The translations under genes and the position numbers were made by a program. The notes beneath the pieces are model-generated. The model saw nothing but the letters and a program-made list of their open reading frames with translations. It was not told the origin of the DNA and searched no databases. From Podarcis muralis (Eukaryota), in NCBI RefSeq assembly GCF_964188315.1, contig NC_135659.1, positions 101,184,001-101,248,000 of the forward strand: a stretch of 64,000 nt of DNA. The letters run 5' to 3'. The first letter of the stretch is position 1, and each line of letters starts with the position of its first letter. Below are positions 12,141-23,068 of this stretch, piece by piece.

Positions 12141-14163
12141 AAAAACTCCTATTTCTCCAGGCCCGTGTAGGTGACTAAGAGCACATCTCCCAAAGTTGGT
12201 TTAATGATGCTTTTAACCGCTTTGCTTCTTAAAATTGTTTTAAAAACTTTTATTGTATGGTTTTTACATCTTTAATGTTGTAAACCACTTTGGTACGTTT
12301 TGTGATTGAGCGGTATATACTTTTATAAAAGAATAATAGGTAATAGACTGGCCTCATCCAACAGGCTCTTCTGAAACAACTAACTAAGCATTAGCAAAAA
12401 AGGGGGCTAATTCTATTCTAGGCTGCATCAAGAAGCCTAGAGCCCAGGTCATTGCTTGCGGCTGCTGCAGCAGCAGAAACAGCTGTGCTGCCCTCCTTGG
12501 AGGCTGGATCTGTGGCCTCCTTGGCAGTCCGCCCCCCCCCCCCCGCATTGCCGCACTGCTGGTCTCCTCCTACCTCTAGGGAAGACCCACAGGATTGAAT
12601 TGATTCCACACCTTGTTCCCAACGTGGATCATCTTCCCTGGCGGGCGTGGGAATGTGCCATTTTGTGGTTAACCTCAAGTGCCAAAATGTCTTGGGGAGG
12701 CCCTGCCTCGGACGGGGCTTGTGAGATCAGAGTAAAAATCGGGGGTGGGGGGGTGGGGTGGGACACGCCTCCCAAACTTTTGACGACAGCCCTACCACAG
12801 GTGAGAAGCCAGATGATTCTCCAGCAATTATATGGGTCAGCCAACATGCTAAGAATAGTGCAGATAAACGAGATGTCGGGGCTGACAAATGTTTGCTTCC
12901 TTTTAGTACAAAGCTGAAAAGGCACGTTAAAAAATGTCAGAGTGAAAAGTGGCCTCCCCCAGCAGTTTTGGGCTCCGATCAGCCTCAGCCCGCAGAGCTT
13001 GCAGGTGCTGCTCAGGTGTTCTTTGCTTGGAGCAAGGCCTGTGTGCTTGCTTCTGTGCATCCAAACTGTCTGCTCAACTCATTCAAGGATTCCCAAACTT
13101 TATCTGGCCTCATCCCCTTGGTTAAACTTATCCCTAGTGCCCCCTACTCTATTAAAAACATTATTCAGAAGAGTGGTTTGCACGACCCACCAGGGAAGAC
13201 AATAACATTCAAAACAGTAACAAGTAATTGCACGTTAATTCAAAATCCAGTGAAAGGGATTTAATTAATTCAAGAAAATTGATGAGCTTGAATTTTTCCA
13301 AGTCTGATAGGCCTCCCTGCCACTTAGCGTCCCATCCCCCCCCCCCCAGGTAATCCCTGCATCAACCACCTTGGAAAGCACTGCTGCTAATTCACTACAA
13401 GCAAAAATACACCATCACCACCAACGGTTTATTGCAGACAGTAAAAATCCCCAGCACTGTGTTTTCACCGAAGCAAAACTCCTTTTTGTCCCCTCCAACT
13501 TTTCAGTGGCCTTTCCGCCTCGGGGCTTTTGCTCAGCCAGTGGCAGATTTAGCCCAGGAGGTCTACGGTTTGGACAAGGCTGAGCGTGCCAGAGGCCCCC
13601 GCCCTGGAAAGTACTGGCCAAGCCTGGAGCGTTTTCTTGAGGGCTGCCCTTTTTCTGCAACACGGCCTCCAGCTGGAAGAGATGCAGGAGGCGAAGGCTC
13701 AGAGCCCAAGGCAAACCGGCTGCGGGTGCAGGGACCACAGCAGGGCAGAGAGATGAAAGGCTTGGCAAACCAAAATAGCTGTGGACAAAATGACTCACTC
13801 TGGGAGGGCCAGTGGGGGAACAGCCCATTCTCACCAGGCTGTAAGAGGCAGAGCCTTGCTCTGACCACAAGAGCCAGATTTGATGCAGGTGGGTCCCCGA
13901 GGGCTTCAATTTCTTCATTTGGATGTAGCAACAGGGAGGGAGGAACCGCTGCAGATGAGGCTGAGCCAAGAGCAAAATAGTGGGGAATTAATGGAAGCCA
14001 TTTTCCCCATCAAAATCCCCACCAGCTTATTTCCACCCCATGGGGGTAGTGGAAGAGATACTAGACTCCCATTATTAATATTATTATTATTAATGCTTGG
14101 GTTGCGAATGCGATCCGTGCAGGATGCACGTTCACAACCTGCAGCGGCGCTTCTGCAACCAAA

Positions 14164-14588
14164 ATGGTCAAAGGCCTGGAAACGATGCCTTATGAGGAAC
14201 GGCTAAGGGAGCTGGGCATGTTTAGCCTGGAGAAGAGGAGGTTAAGGGGTGATATGATAGCCATGTTCAAATATATAAAAGGATGTCACATAGAGGAGGG
14301 AGAAAGGTTGTTTTCTGCTGCTCCAGAGAAGCGGACACGGAGCAATGGATCCAAACTACAAGAAAGAAGATTCCACCTAAACATGAGGAAGAACTTCCTG
14401 ACAGTAAGAGCTGTTCGACAGTGGAATTTGCTGCCAAGGAGTGTGGTGGAGTCTCCTTCTTTGGAGGTCTTTAAGCAGAGGCTTGACAACCATATGTCAG
14501 GAGTGCTCTGAAGGTGTTTCCTGCTTGGCAGGGGGTTGGACTCGATGGCCCTTGTGGTCTCTTCCAATTCTATGATTCTATGATTCTG
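14164..14588 (+). mobile_element. CR1 LINE 3' end inserted in a decayed mariner-type MITE
   Basis: [43 protein letters not shown] is the canonical CR1 ORF2 C-terminus; tail (TTCTATGA)n; MITE halves at about 14090-14163 and 14590-14760. Confidence 0.92.
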
Positions 14589-14903
14589 CACACGTGCAGG
14601 TTGCAATTTGGCGCTTCTGCGCAAAGCATGATTTAGTGCTTCTGCGCATGCGTGATCTCCGAAACCCAGAAGTAACCCATTCTGGTACTTCCAAGTTTGG
14701 GAGCGTCCGTAACCTGAAAAAACGCAACCTGAAGTGTCTGTAACCCGAGGTATAACTATTATTACTATAACAATTTGGGGTTGTAGCTTTAAGGGAAGAG
14801 GGCTAAGCAGATTCTCTGCCTCATGGCTGCCCCAAGCAAATTTCATAATTTCAAATAATAATAATAGGGAGACATTTCTAAGTCACATCTAATGTAGTAG
14901 TTC

Positions 14904-15184
14904 CCGCGGCGGGGTGCGCTCCCGTTGTTCGGTCCCAGCGCCTGCCAACCTAGCAGTTCGAAAGCACCTTCGGGTGCAAGTAGATAAATAGGGACCGCTT
15001 ACTGGTGGGAAGGTAAACGGCGTTTCCGTGTGCTGCGCTGGCTCGCCAGATGCAGCTTGTCACGCTGGCCATGTGACCTGGAAGTGTCTGCGGACAACGC
15101 TGGCCCCCGGCCTATAGAGTGAGATGAGCGCACAACCCTAGAGTCTGGCAAGACTGGCCCGTACGGACAGGGGTACCTTTACCT
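14904..15184 (-). mobile_element. Sauria/POM-type SINE
   Basis: Reverse complement of the AAGGTAAAGGTACCCCTG... head; perfect 14-bp TSD TAATGTAGTAGTTC at 14890-14903 and 15185-15198. Confidence 0.9.
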
Positions 15185-16034
15185 TAATGTAGTAGTTCTT
15201 GTTCTTGGAAACAGCTTTAGCAGATTGCAGAGCAGCGCACACAGGGGGAATGCAGCCCCAAATTTGGATGCTTTCAAAATGCCCCCTTAAAAGAAGGGCC
15301 CTCGCAGCTCAGGGGCAAAGCATCCGCTGCCAGCTGAAGGTCCCGGTCCGCGGCATCTCCAGACAGGGCTGGGCAAGAAATCCTGGAGAGCAACTGCCAC
15401 TCCATGTAGACAATCCTGAGCTGGATGGGTCAATGGCTTTGACTCAGGCGAAGGCAGCATCCGGCGTTCCTGAAGAGAAACAGCAGCAGCAGCAGAGTTT
15501 CTCCCTCTTCCTAAAGTAACTTTATTACTACTGGGGGATGACCATTGATTCATTAATCTCCTTCTAAACTCCCATCTCTCAAGGCAGTTTGCATCCATCA
15601 AAAACCAGTCAAAACCCCTTTTGCTTTTAAATTGTTTTATTTTTTCATGCTTTTATTTTTTGTAACGGTGTAAACTGCTTTGACATGCTTTGTGATTGAG
15701 TGATACAGTATATAAACGCCTTTATAAATAAAGTAAGATGCAAACAATAAATAGGCTTCTAACAAGACTAACACCCTGGCCAGAGGACCCACGTATCAGC
15801 CAGGGAAACCTTTTGGAACAAAAATGTCTTCAATTGTTTCCCGAAACTGCAGGCTGTGGATGCCGGAGGCTCCACAGAACAGGGGCAGCTACACTACAAG
15901 CCCTGCTAAGGACTGGGCTTCTGACATCTTTGGCAGGGAAGCCTCTCCTGCCGACCGACTGCAGTGATTGACTGGGTGTATAAGGGACAAGGCAGTATCT
16001 CTCTCTCTCTCCCCCCCCCAGCAATCAGGTCCTG

Positions 16035-16690
16035 AGCTGCATAGGCACTTGAACTTGACAAGTAGAGTGCATTGACAGCCATTGCAAATCCCGCAAGTAG
16101 GGAGTTATATGCCTCAAAAGATTCCATCAATGGTGTCTCCGAAAAATTTTACACATCACTTGGGAAGACAGGCGAACTACTGCCAGTGTACTGGAAGAAG
16201 CAAAGATCACCAGTGTTGAAGCAATGATTCTTCAACATCAACTTTGCTGGACTGGTCATGTTGTGCGGATGCCTGATGGTCGTCTTCCAAAGCCACGACT
16301 CTATTCCAAACTTAAGAATGGAAAGCGTAATGCCGGTGGTCAACAAGAGGTTTAAAGACTGTCTCAAGGCAAATTTTTAAAAATGTAGTATAAACACCAA
16401 CAACTGGAAAACAGTTGCCTGAGAGCACTCCAACTGGAGAACAGCCTTGACCAAAGGTGTCCTGGGCTTTGAAGACACTCAAACTCAGGACGCAAGGGAG
16501 AAATGTGCTAGGAGGAAGGCACGCTTGGCAAACCCTCACCGGGATCAACTCCCGCATGGAAACCAATGTCCCCACTGTGGAAGGATGTGTGGATCCAGAA
16601 TTGGCCTCCACAGTCACTAACGGACTCACTGTTAAGACCATGTTCATGGAAGACAATCTTACTCGGCTATGAGGGATCGCCAAAGGAGAA
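16035..16690 (+). mobile_element. RTE/BovB-like LINE 3' fragment, degenerate
   Basis: Encodes decayed LRWTGHVVRMPDGRLPK-type and CPHCGRMCGSRIGLHSH-type (C2H2) motifs of the RTE ORF C-terminus. Confidence 0.8.
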
Positions 16691-16842
16691 TATGCTGGCA
16701 GTAATTCCCCCCCCCCCATGCTAGCTGTTGCGCTCTGCACCAGCTGCAGCCTCCGAATCGAGCCCAAGGGTAGCCCCACAAAGAGCACCGTGCAGGAATT
16801 CAACCATGAGGTTACCAACGCAGGGCAAGGTCAAACTATGTA

Positions 16843-16971
16843 AGGTTACCAGATGTCCCCGTTTCCCGGGGACAATCCCTGGATTTACAAATCAGTCCCC
16901 TGGCAAAATCTATCTATTTAGTAGGAAGTTGAAAAGTGTCCCTGGATTCACTGAAAAAAATCTGGTAACCT
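16843..16971. mobile_element. Small MITE (possibly PIF/Harbinger-type)
   Basis: Perfect 12-bp TIRs AGGTTACCAGAT / ATCTGGTAACCT. Confidence 0.65.
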
Positions 16972-16976
16972 GAAGC

Positions 16977-17229
16977 CATAGGTTGACAACCTAAGGCCCT
17001 GGGGCCGGATCCAGCCCAATCGCCTTCTCAATCTGGCCCACAGACAGTCTGGGAATCAGCGTGTTTTTACATGAGTAGAATGTGTGCTTTTATTTAAAAT
17101 GCATCTCTGGGTTATTTGTGGGGCATAGGAATTCATCCTCCCCCCCCCCAAAATATATATAGTCCGGCTCCCCACAAGGTCTGGGGGACTGTGGACCGGC
17201 CCCCTGCTGAAGAAGTTTGCTGACCCCTG
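16977..17229 (-). mobile_element. Non-autonomous hAT (Charlie-like) element
   Basis: End GTTTGCTGACCCCTG; 8-bp TSD CCTGAAGC/CCTTAAGC (7 of 8 match); homologous copies at 42951-43205 and about 48515-48700. Confidence 0.8.
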
Positions 17230-18428
17230 CCTTAAGCTATCGTGACAACGGACGGGGTACTGGGAAGGCTTTGCGTGATACCCCCGCCCACATCTCATAT
17301 CTTGATTTCTTTTCGTCAATAAACGGAAACCAAGAGCTCAGGGACTCCTGGACTGTTTACTGGCCCGAATATAAACAGACTGTGGAAGCTCCGCTTTTTT
17401 TCTGCCAACTTGCAGTCCGCCTGCAGCTGTTCTTTCCTCGAGGACGACCAGGGTTGCAACATTTAAAACCCACCCAGACTTTTGCTCCAGTTAGCAAGTT
17501 CCAAATCCGTTTTTTTCTAAGGGAGTGCCCTGCCTCTGAGGGAGGAGGAGGGAAAACAGTTCCCCCTCCTGGGTATCAGAACCAGCTGCTTCAAAGGGTT
17601 CCGTAAAAATGCCCTATTGCCCTCCATTTCCTTTTGCACAGCAAATGTTTATGGCCCCATCTGAACACTGAAGGACATGCAGCATATAAAAATAAGGTGT
17701 TCATTTTGAAAATCAACAGGGGCCCCCAATGAAATGAAACTGCCATTCGGATGCAGGAAAAAGCACAGTCATATTTATCTATTTATTATTTCATAAGACG
17801 TATACACCTCTTTGATTGTAAAAAAAAGCCCCCTCAAAGCAGTTTATTGGGGGGGGGACCCATAAAATGATCCCTGAAAAAAGCAAAACAAAAAAACACC
17901 CCACCATTCCATAAATTCCAGTAAAACTATGGAAAAGCTCAGCTATATTCATCTATTTATTATTTCTTCAACTTTATGCACCTCTTGTTTGTAAAAGCCC
18001 CCCTCAATGCAGTTTATAATAAAAAAACACACACCATAAAATGATCCCTGAAAAACTAACAACATTAATGTAAGGCTTACTAAAAGTTAAAATAACACTG
18101 GACTTAAACAGATTAAAACTCGCATTAGCTTTGTAAATATTTGGGCAGGCACGTCTAAACAAAAATGCTTTCCGCAGGCGTCGAAGGGAGTGCGGTTGAG
18201 TGTCTGGTGTCATGAGGCAGGGAGTTCCAAAGTGGAGTTGCTGCTGCTGTTTAGGGGTAAATTACAATAAATTATTATTATTATTATTATTATTATTAAT
18301 ATTAATGAAAGGTCAAGTTCTTGCCCAGGCGTAAGGGGAATTAAGGTGCCCCTTCTGCAGAAGGAGGCGCTCAAGGGACCGTCGGTGAGTCAGGCCCCCT
18401 CGTGGGTAAACTGCTCTGAGCTTCAGCT

Positions 18429-19158
18429 ACTGGACCAGGTGCGCAGCCTGGGAGTCATTTTGGACTCACAGCTGTCCATGGAGGCGCAGGTTAATTCTGT
18501 GTCCAGGGTATCTGTTTACCAGCTCTACCTGGTACGGAGGCTGAGACCCTCCCTGCCTGCGCACTGTCTCACCAGAGTGGTGCATGCTCTAGTTATCTCC
18601 TGCTTGGAGTACTGCAATGCGCTCTGTGTGGGGCTGCCTTTGAAGGTGATTCAGAAACTGCAACTAATCCAGAATGCGGCAGCTAGACTGGTGTCTGGGA
18701 GTGGCTGCTGGGACCACATAACACCGGTCCTGAGAGATCTGCATTGGCTCCCAGTACGTTTCCGAGCACAATTCAAAGTGTTGGTGCTGACCTTGAAAGC
18801 CCTAAATGGCCTCAAAGGCCCAGTATACCTGAAGGAGCGTCTCCACCCCCATCGCTCAGCCCGGACACTGAGGTCCAGCTCTGAGGGCCTTCTGGCGGTT
18901 CCCTCACTGCGAAAGGCCAAGTTACAGGGAACCAGGCAGAGGGCCTTCTCGGTGTTGGCACCCGCCCTGTGGAACGCCCTCCCATCAGATGTCAAAACGA
19001 TAAACAACTACCTGACATTCAGAAGACATCTGAAGGCAGCCCTGTTCAGGGAAGTTTTTAATGCATGACATTTTAATGTATTTCTAATCTTTGTTGGAAG
19101 CTGCCCAGAGTGGCTGGGGAAACCCAGCCAGATGGGCAGGGTATAAATAAATAAATAA

Positions 19159-19205
<47 letters not shown>

Positions 19206-19208
19206 TAT
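18429..19208 (+). mobile_element. L2 LINE 3' part flanked by a 123-bp direct repeat
   Basis: ORF 18346-19068 has L2 ORF2 motifs (VRSLGVILDSQLSMEAQV; HALVISCLEYCN); (TTA)n tail. Confidence 0.92.
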
Positions 19209-19479
19209 TGAAAGGTCAAGTTCTTGCCCAGGCGTAAGGGGAATTAAGGAGCCCCTTCTGCAGAAGGAGGCGCTCAAGGGACCGTCGGTGGGTCAGGCCC
19301 CCTCGCAGGTAAACTGCTCTGAGCTTCAGCTTCTAGTTGCAACACCTTGAACTTGACCCAGACTTGCATCATCAGCTGATGCAACCGGCAGTGATGTGGC
19401 CCTGTCAGCACCGCAGCTCCACGGGCGCACTCTTCGCGGGGGAGAGGGATTTCCAACCTCATTCTAGAATCAAATTATT

Positions 19480-20660
19480 TTCTGAGCTGCGCCACCCCGG
19501 ACGGGATTCGAACTCGCGATCCCCGGCGACCCAGCGCGCGTCTCGGGTCTGCGCCTGCGCGCGGGGCGCCGCGTCTCTCTCTCTCTCTCTCTCCCCCCCC
19601 CCCCCCGCCAGCCCGGCAGTGCGCCTGCGCCGCCGCGCCGCGCCCCCCGAGCGGCGCCTGCGCAGTGCTCCCGCCGGGGTGTGTCCGGCGCCTGCGCGCC
19701 GCTGGCCGCGGGTCCCGAAGACAAGATGGCGGCGGCGGCTGCCCGGGCGAGGCGGCGGCGGGAGGGCGGCGGCGAGCGGAGAAGCCCCCAGCAGCCCGGC
19801 GCCCCGGCCCCAGGTGAGGGCGGCGCGGCGCGGGCCCGGGAGGCGGCGCGCGGGGCGGCGGGGGGCGGGGGCGCGCGCGCGAGGGGGCGGGGGCGCGGCG
19901 GGCCGGGGAGGAGGGGCCGCCCAGGGCGCCGCCGCCGCCATCTTGGAAGGAGACGCGCGCGCGGCCGAGAGGGGCGGGAGCGCGCCTGGGTCTGTGTGCG
20001 GCCCCCCTCCCTTCTGATCCGGGGCGAGGAGCGGCAGCGCCCCCTGGCGGAGGCTCCCCGGCGCCCCGGGCGGAAGAGCGGCGGGGCTGCGGCTCCTCTC
20101 GCCGGGCCGGGCCGGGAAGGGAGCGCCCAGGAGCCGCCTCGACGGAGCCACCGCCGCCGCCTTCCGCCCCGCGGCTCGGCCTCCTCTCCGTGCGCGCCGG
20201 CCGCCCTCCGTCCTGCTGCTTCCTCCGTCCTGCTCGCCTGCCCGCCCGCCTCTCTCTGGCTGCGGCGCCGCTGGCCGGGCTGCGCTGGGCGGCCCAGCCC
20301 CCGATCCACCCTCCCTGGGCCGCCCAGCCAATGGCTTCTCCCCGCCCGCCCAGCCCCTCCCTCCCTCTCTCCCTCCCTTCCTCGCTCACCGCCGCCTCCT
20401 TGCCTTGCAGCCCCGCAGCGCCCCGTCGCCGGCCCAAGGAGGCCCCAAGGAGACCTGGCCCCGGCGCCCCGCACCAGCCGCCGCTAGCCTCCTCCTCCTC
20501 CGGCAGCAGCAGCCCAGGATCGTCGCCCTCGCCGTCGCCGCAGCTTCTGGTTCCTGGCGGAGGCCGCCCCCTGTGGGTATCTCCTCCTCCTGCTGCTGCT
20601 CTGCAGCCCATGGACCTTCCTGGTGTCTCCCAGGCGGCTGCCCTCCCATTAAAACGGGGC
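19480..20660 (+). promoter_or_regulatory. PCIF1: CpG-island promoter and non-coding exon 1 of PCIF1
   Basis: Very CpG-rich; repeated NRF1-like GCGCCTGCGC (19551, 19621, about 19652, about 19688); YY1 motifs AAGATGGCGGC at 19723-19733 and its inverse at 19934-19944; donor CAG|GTGAGG at 19813/19814. Confidence 0.85.
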
Positions 20661-23068
20661 CTCCAGAAGCTCCTCCGGTCTTCTGTTTTTCCTTCTTGTC
20701 GCAAGGAATGGAGGCTTAGATGCCCCACAAGGGGCGGCTGAGCACCACAAGCAGCACCCTCCCCACTTTGGGGATCTCCCCGGTGTTCAAAGGCATTTGC
20801 TGCCCCCAACTAAAGCCTCTTACAAATTTCCCCCCGTGTACAGAGTCGTCCAACACACAAGTCAAGGTGCCTTTGCTTCTTCTCCCAAGGAATCCTGGGC
20901 GCTGCAGTTTGGGAAGGGTGCAGGGAGCTCTGTGTTCAAGGCCCCAGCACCCTTTCCAAACAGCAGTTTTCTCAGTTTCTGGGAGGAATCCTTCTGTATC
21001 CCAAATAATTCCATGGACTGGTCGGGCTCCAAGCTGCTGCTCCCAGTGCCCATTTCCACACTCCAAATGGCTTCTCAACAGAGCAGGAAGCCGCTTCTAA
21101 GCTGTAAGCTCCTTGGGGGCACGGCCTGGATTTTCAAAACATTTCAGACTCTTACCATACTATGGGCCACGTACAATACCAGGTAGCTGTGCCCTAGTGG
21201 CAGTTCAGCCTTGTGAATAAGCCTTCAGAAGTTACGAGCTTTCTAAATAAAGACATTCTGGCTTGCTGGGATGTAGCAGAGGAGGGACTGAGACCTGCAT
21301 TTCTCTGCTGTGTTTCTGTGCAGGGGGCAGAGGGTGGCTTTCATCCATTAGCAGCCCCCGTGGTTCCTTTGCTGGGCACAAAGGAGGGCTGAGTGCCGGC
21401 CTTGCCCCTCTTCAATTGCCACACTCCTTTGCCCGCATACAGCTCCTTTTCACCTATGTCTGCTGGGCAAGTTCTTAAATACAGTTATGCTAATCCCTTT
21501 GGGGGCTAAAGGAGCAGGGGGGTCTGGGGGTTCATTGGCATAATTCCCTCTGTATCCTGGGGCCCAGGGGTATAACAGACGTGGGCACAAAGAGTCCTGG
21601 CTGGCGGAATATGGTTGGCATTAGATATGTGATCAGACGAAACCTTATTATGTGCTTAGGTAGCCCAAGGGTGTCCTCTGGCCACAGCTCCTGTCACTCC
21701 TGACCGTTGGCCTTGCTGCCTGAGGGGTTGGGGTCAGCAGCAGGTTCGCCACCCTGATTCAGCCCTTCATGCACAATGCTCTGTTCTGACTGTTAAACTT
21801 GGAGTGAGTTGATGGGAGGGGGCAAACAAGAGAGGATAAGGTCACCAATGGTGCAGATAGCCTGATGAAGCTGGCCACCCCCTCTCCCCGCCCAACACGG
21901 GCTTGCCTGTGTCTTAAGTTGAATCATCACCTAACTGCCTGAGCAGGTGTCTTGCACAACCAAGCAGAGCTATTGAGGTTGCCTGGAGATCTGTAATGGA
22001 ACTCCTACTCTGTTCTGCTGCAACCAGGCTTCAAGAGCAGGCAAGTTCAAAGGGAAGCCCAGCTGGTAGCCAGGCTAAGTCATTTTCTTTTGGATAATGT
22101 TTGGGCAGCAAAAGTGGGCTCCCTGGGATGCACCCTTGAGGGACTCCTGCTCCCTCTCAGACTGAGCCTAGTGTCATACAGGCAAGGCAGATGCAGACAG
22201 CCCACCCGCCTGCCCTTGTGCCCTGCAGTGCACACTCTTGCCTTGCAGTGTGTGCACAGTCCGGCTGGTGTTCCTGGAGCGTGGCTTAAAACAATCAAAA
22301 GCTCTCAAGGCTTCCAAGAGAACTTTTCCGGTGTGCCTCCAGATTTGGTTGGCCCCAGGCCAGGACTCAGCAGAAAGGATTCTGTGGAGAAGATGGTATC
22401 TTGGTGATGCCTTAACAATAGGGAAAGGAGTCAGGGTTGGCGTGGCACGCAGGGCTCTGCACCTCCTGCTCCAGCAGAATTCGGCAGCAGAGAACGAATG
22501 GGCATGAGGCGCATCCCCAAGGGAGATGGCCTGGGGAGGGCTGTCTGGCACCCACTTCATTGCGTGGGGCTCTGTGTCCTCCAGCCACCCTCTTGGTTGC
22601 TCATCCTGGCTTGTGCGCAAATAGCCAGCCTACAGGCAGGGGGGTTTGCGGCCCAGAAGCTATAACTAGGGTGTCCCCTCCCCTTAGTGCCAGTTGCCCT
22701 ATTGGTCATGAATGACTCTGCCGCCCTCCAGGTGTGCTTCCTATCATCCCTGGCCAACAGCCATATTGGCTGGGGCTGATGGGAGCTGGAGTCCAGTGTC
22801 ATCCAAAGGACCAGAATTTAGCTACCTCAGTCTGCAGGGTCTGGGCAATTAAATGCTTTTGTGGGGTTTTTTTTGTGTTCCCTGTCTTTGGGGCGCATGT
22901 GAGGTTTTCCTTTGGACCCCCAAAACTCAGGTGTGTCTGCCTGTTTTGCCAGGCAGGCCCAAGAGGGCTGCGCATGCAAGAGCTCTTCCGGTCTGGACTA
23001 GTGGCTGTGCGAACAGGGCATTTTGTGACAGCGTTTCCTTCTGTCTCCTCCAGTGCAAATGCTGAGAA

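Noticed and set aside
13432-13980. 182-codon ORF with a plausible acceptor at about 13506 between PLTP and PCIF1
   Set aside because: No recognisable homology, no partner exons and no clear donor; cannot be supported without expression data.
19490-19530. B-box (GAGTTCGAATCC, minus strand) suggesting a tRNA gene
   Set aside because: No A-box or cloverleaf; it resembles the Sauria SINE GGGATTCGAAC segment, so it is probably a SINE remnant.
19337-20809. Long ORFs up to 444 aa
   Set aside because: Same artefact, in the PCIF1 CpG island.
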